This document shows, one piece after another, positions 53,587 through 54,417 of a stretch of 54,417 nt of DNA. Both the position numbers and the translations under genes were made by a program. This stretch comes from a virus (lineage: Duplodnaviria > Caudoviricetes): IMG/VR virus record IMGVR_UViG_3300049893_000864, positions 1-54,417 of that record; one strand, 5' to 3'. The notes under the pieces are model-generated. The model did not search any database. It was not told the DNA's origin and worked only from the letters and a program-made list of their open reading frames with translations. How positions within the stretch are numbered: position 1 is the stretch's first letter; each line of letters starts with the position of its first letter.

Positions 53587-54049
53587 CCCAATCCTCCCAA
53601 ACATTGATAATTGGTTTCTTAACCTTATTGGCATATCTTATGCAATTTGCCGTTCCACCCTTGCTTCCATTCCATAATGCCAACACTAATGCACTATGAT
53701 CTACCATCCATTCATTGCGTAATTGCATCTTATATGGATGCCAATCACCTTCACATACAATTACAACTTCATCAGCCTTTTCCAAATAACTATGGTATGC
53801 TTCCTTCATGCGATCCGGCCATGTTCTTTCTTGACCCTTGAATGGTACAGCAGCAGTTAATGGAATTTGAAGATTCAATGCTGCGACGGCAATCGCCTGA
53901 TCCCAACCTAAAGCCATTCCAGATATAACTCTAGTAGGAGACATCTTAACCAAACAATATGTAGCGAAACAACAAAGTTTTTCCAAATCGAAATTGTCAT
54001 ATCCACCAAGCTTGTCAGGTCGATGACCAGTACCACAAATTGTACTCAT
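53561..54049 (-). CDS. SLOG/YspA (DUF1273)-family protein
   Basis: TGHRPDKLG, ISGMALGWDQ, AVPFKGQ, RNEWMVD, WNGSKGGTANCIRYA. Confidence 0.9.
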   Translation of the reverse strand: MSTICGTGHRPDKLGGYDNFDLEKLCCFATYCLVKMSPTRVISGMALGWDQAIAVAALNLQIPLTAAVPFKGQERTWPDRMKEAYHSYLEKADEVVIVCEGDWHPYKMQLRNEWMVDHSALVLALWNGSKGGTANCIRYANKVKKPIINVWEDWDEINNQKK

Positions 54050-54063
54050 AACACCCCCAAATG

Positions 54064-54086
54064 AAAACGGGGCCGTTAAGCCCCGT
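54064..54086 (-). terminator. Rho-independent terminator
   Basis: acggggc-cgttaa-gccccgt followed by U4. Confidence 0.7.
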
Positions 54087-54107
54087 CCGAACCCACCTCG
54101 GCTCTTT

Positions 54108-54305
54108 TTACTTCTTTGCTGCGGTTGGCGCAGCGGCAGGTGTAGCCTTTACAGCTTTAGCCTTCTTAGCCTTCTTCGCCTTCTTGTCAGCCTTTACGAC
54201 TGTCTTTGCTGCAACGGGAGCAGCAGGAGTAGGTGAAACAACTTGTGCGAAAGCGGCAGTTTGACCAAGTGCTAGACTCAATGCCAATGCCACGATCAAC
54301 TTCAT
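54108..54305 (-). CDS. Secreted Ala/Lys/Pro-rich small protein
   Basis: Signal peptide MKLIVALALSLALGQTAAFA; RBS aggag; late promoter CATAAATA at 54347-54354. Confidence 0.75.
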   Translation of the reverse strand: MKLIVALALSLALGQTAAFAQVVSPTPAAPVAAKTVVKADKKAKKAKKAKAVKATPAAAPTAAKK

Positions 54306-54417
54306 GATACTTCTCCTATAGGGGTTATGATGTAATACTGCTTTATTATTTATGCATTTCTCACGCTCCATTACTGGAGTTTTTGCGTAGCAACAGCAGC
54401 TACGAGATTTCCATCAG

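Overview
A 54-kb segment of a large T4-like (Tevenvirinae-related) myophage. The host is probably a Proteobacterium, judged from sigma70 promoters and IHF-like sites. Left arm (1-21.1 kb, minus strand): AT-rich late tail/baseplate operon (gp38-like adhesin fragment, Ser-Gly-repeat fibre, VrlC-like giant protein, gp8, gp7, gp6, gp25, tape-measure/hub protein with a lysozyme-like domain, gp51, gp26, gp54, gp2). Middle (21.2-40.3 kb, minus strand): a GC-richer early/accessory island of more than 50 small genes inserted between gp4 and gp2. Its 26.9-39.8 kb part is an array of about 22 repeated promoter cassettes (terminator, IHF-like box, TTGACA-17-NATAAT), each driving one or a few genes. The island carries an Acb1-like 2H phosphoesterase, two tandem T7 gp0.7-like protein kinases, a Gp88-like protein, and a 0.9-kb cluster of apparently non-coding structured RNAs at 35.7-36.6 kb. 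Right arm (40.3-54.4 kb): gp4, gp48, gp53, hub protein, gp5, gp32, gp59, gp33, PAAR, SleB-like hydrolase, an RNA-repair trio (Rnl1, DRB0094-type ligase, Pnkp), DUF5675 and SLOG/YspA genes. All family calls come from motif recognition by eye; no database search or folding program was run.
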